Assembly: GCA_001687465.1 (NCBI GenBank)
Contig: LVLI01000409.1
Coordinates: forward strand, 58,044 to 78,043
DNA length: 20,000 nt
Direction of reading: 5' to 3'
Origin: Halocafeteria seosinensis
Lineage: Eukaryota
Below, piece by piece: positions 18,553 through 20,000 of this stretch. The first letter of the stretch is position 1. Each line of letters starts with the position of its first letter. The position numbers were made by a program, and so were the translations under genes. The notes beneath the pieces were generated by a model, which was given only the letters and a program-made list of their open reading frames with translations, had not been told where the DNA came from and searched no databases.

Positions 18553-20000
18553 ATGAACTGGACGACAATACAGGTGCTAGCTCTCATCTTGGTTGTGGTA
18601 CTGTGGCTTCCTACAGTACAGCCACAAAATGGAACCTCGAGCCCGAGTCCCTCAGCCACAGCAACATGGACCCACACAGGCTCTTCGTCCTCTTCGGCCT
18701 CGCTCACTCCCTCTTCATCTGAAACTTCTTCAGGAACGAGTACCACATCCAGTAGTAGGAGTCCGTCCGTCAGTGGAACGATGCCGCCCACTCTCACTGG
18801 GAGTCCCTCAGCAAGTACCTCGGTTACACCCACTAGTTCTGCCTCGTCGAGTAGTACCAGCACAACGAGCACGACATTGACCGCGACAAGGTCGGCTACC
18901 GTTTCCGCTTCGGTCAGTACAAGCAGCAGCGAAACGCCCTCAATGAGTTCAAGTAGCAGTGGATCGCCTAGTGTATCACCGTCGGGCAGTGGAACTCAGA
19001 GTAGCTCCGAGAGCCCATCTATAAGCCCATCGCCGACTAGTTCGGTATCGTCCAGTGGTAGCAGTCGTGCGAGTGTGACATCGACGGTAACCACGTCTTC
19101 TACGGGCTCATCGTCAGTAAGCGCGAGTGAGCCTTTAAGTTTGAGCCCCTCAAATAGTATAACTATCTCGCCCAGCCCGAGTAGCTCCGAAAGTCCTACT
19201 GCAAGTACATCGCAAAGCTCCTCTGTGACAGGAAGTTGGACAACCTCGGCTTCGTCATCAGTAAGCTCGACTAGTAGTGGATCGCCAAGTGTCAGTATGA
19301 GCCCGTCAAGCAGTATGAGTGTGTCGTCAAGTCCTTCGATGTCTTCTTCATCGAGTCCGAGTGTTTCTGCGAGTCCGTCTACAAGTCCATCGGGAAGCTC
19401 GTCGATGACAAAAAGCCCGTCTAGCTCTAGCTCGGTATCATCGAGTAGCAGCAGTAGTGTGAGTGTGACATCGAGCGTGACAACTTCGAGTACCGGTTCT
19501 CCATCGATAAGCGGGAGTAGTAGTGGATCGGCGAGTGTCAGTATGAGCCCGTCAAGCAGTATGAGTGTGTCGTCAAGTCCTTCGATGTCTTCTTCATCGA
19601 GTTCGAGTGTTTCTGCGAGTCCGTCTACAAGTCCATCGGGAAGCTCGTCGATGACAACAAGCCCGTCTAGCTCTAGCTTGGTATCATCGAGTAGCAGCAG
19701 TAGTGTGAGTGTGACATCGAGCGTGACAACTTCGAGTACCGGTTCTCCATCGATAAGTGGGAGTAGTAGTGGATCGGCGAGTGCCAGTATGAGCCCGTCA
19801 AGCAGTATGAGTGTGTCGTCAAGTCCTTCGATGTCTTCTTCATCGAGTCCGAGTGTTTCTACGAGTCCGTCTACAAGTCCATCAGGAAGTTCGTCGATGA
19901 CAACAAGTCCGTCTAGCTCTAGCTCGGTATCATCGAGTAGCAGCAGTAGTGTGAGTGTNACATCGAGCGTGACAACTTCGAGTACCGGTTCTCCATCTGT
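18553..20000 (+). CDS. Second secreted/surface Ser-rich mucin-like protein, 5' part; runs off the window and is not in the ORF track
   Basis: ATG at 18553, MNWTTIQVLALILVVVLWLPTVQP signal peptide, then QNGTSSPSPS. The frame is stop-free to 20000 and extremely Ser/Thr-rich. Confidence 0.88.
   Translation, partial: MNWTTIQVLALILVVVLWLPTVQPQNGTSSPSPSATATWTHTGSSSSSASLTPSSSETSSGTSTTSSSRSPSVSGTMPPTLTGSPSASTSVTPTSSASSSSTSTTSTTLTATRSATVSASVSTSSSETPSMSSSSSGSPSVSPSGSGTQSSSESPSISPSPTSSVSSSGSSRASVTSTVTTSSTGSSSVSASEPLSLSPSNSITISPSPSSSESPTASTSQSSSVTGSWTTSASSSVSSTSSGSPSVSMSPSSSMSVSSSPSMSSSSSPSVSASPSTSPSGSSSMTKSPSSSSSVSSSSSSSVSVTSSVTTSSTGSPSISGSSSGSASVSMSPSSSMSVSSSPSMSSSSSSSVSASPSTSPSGSSSMTTSPSSSSLVSSSSSSSVSVTSSVTTSSTGSPSISGSSSGSASASMSPSSSMSVSSSPSMSSSSSPSVSTSPSTSPSGSSSMTTSPSSSSSVSSSSSSSVSXTSSVTTSSTGSPS
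19273..20000 (+). repeat. Coding 246-bp (82-aa) near-identical tandem repeat, about 3 copies, may continue beyond the window
   Basis: Anchor GGATCG recurs at 19279, 19525 and 19771 (246-bp period) with few substitutions. A diverged partial copy lies at about 19039-19122. Confidence 0.93.

Noticed and set aside
1..20000. Alternative genetic code or programmed frameshifts as the cause of the fragmented ORFs
   Set aside because: Every break is resolved by canonical GT..AG introns, giving in-frame proteins; TAA, TAG and TGA are all used as stops.

Overview
Gene-dense nuclear DNA of a eukaryote, probably a protist. A stramenopile-like origin is my inference from protein style and was not checked. 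The ORF track is fragmented by short spliceosomal introns, so I spliced the genes by hand. In order: the 5' part of a class I histone deacetylase (minus strand, absent from the ORF track), cytosolic PheRS beta (+, 6 exons), mitochondrial trifunctional enzyme alpha (-, 13 exons), an SRPK-family kinase with a very long spacer (+, 3 exons), PRP38 with an RS tail and a C-terminal HIND-like element (-, 6 exons), adenylate kinase with a 4-Cys LID (+, 5 exons), and two tandem intronless Ser/Thr/Pro-rich mucin-like genes (+, the second runs off the window). All 31 inferred introns are GT..CAG and 29 of them are 60-87 nt. I see no mobile element, CRISPR array, tRNA or rRNA, and no clearly new biological system. 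The best leads are the SRPK/PRP38 tail-to-tail pair with only 5 bp between stop codons, the 495-aa SRPK insert, and the mucin pair with shared upstream motifs.
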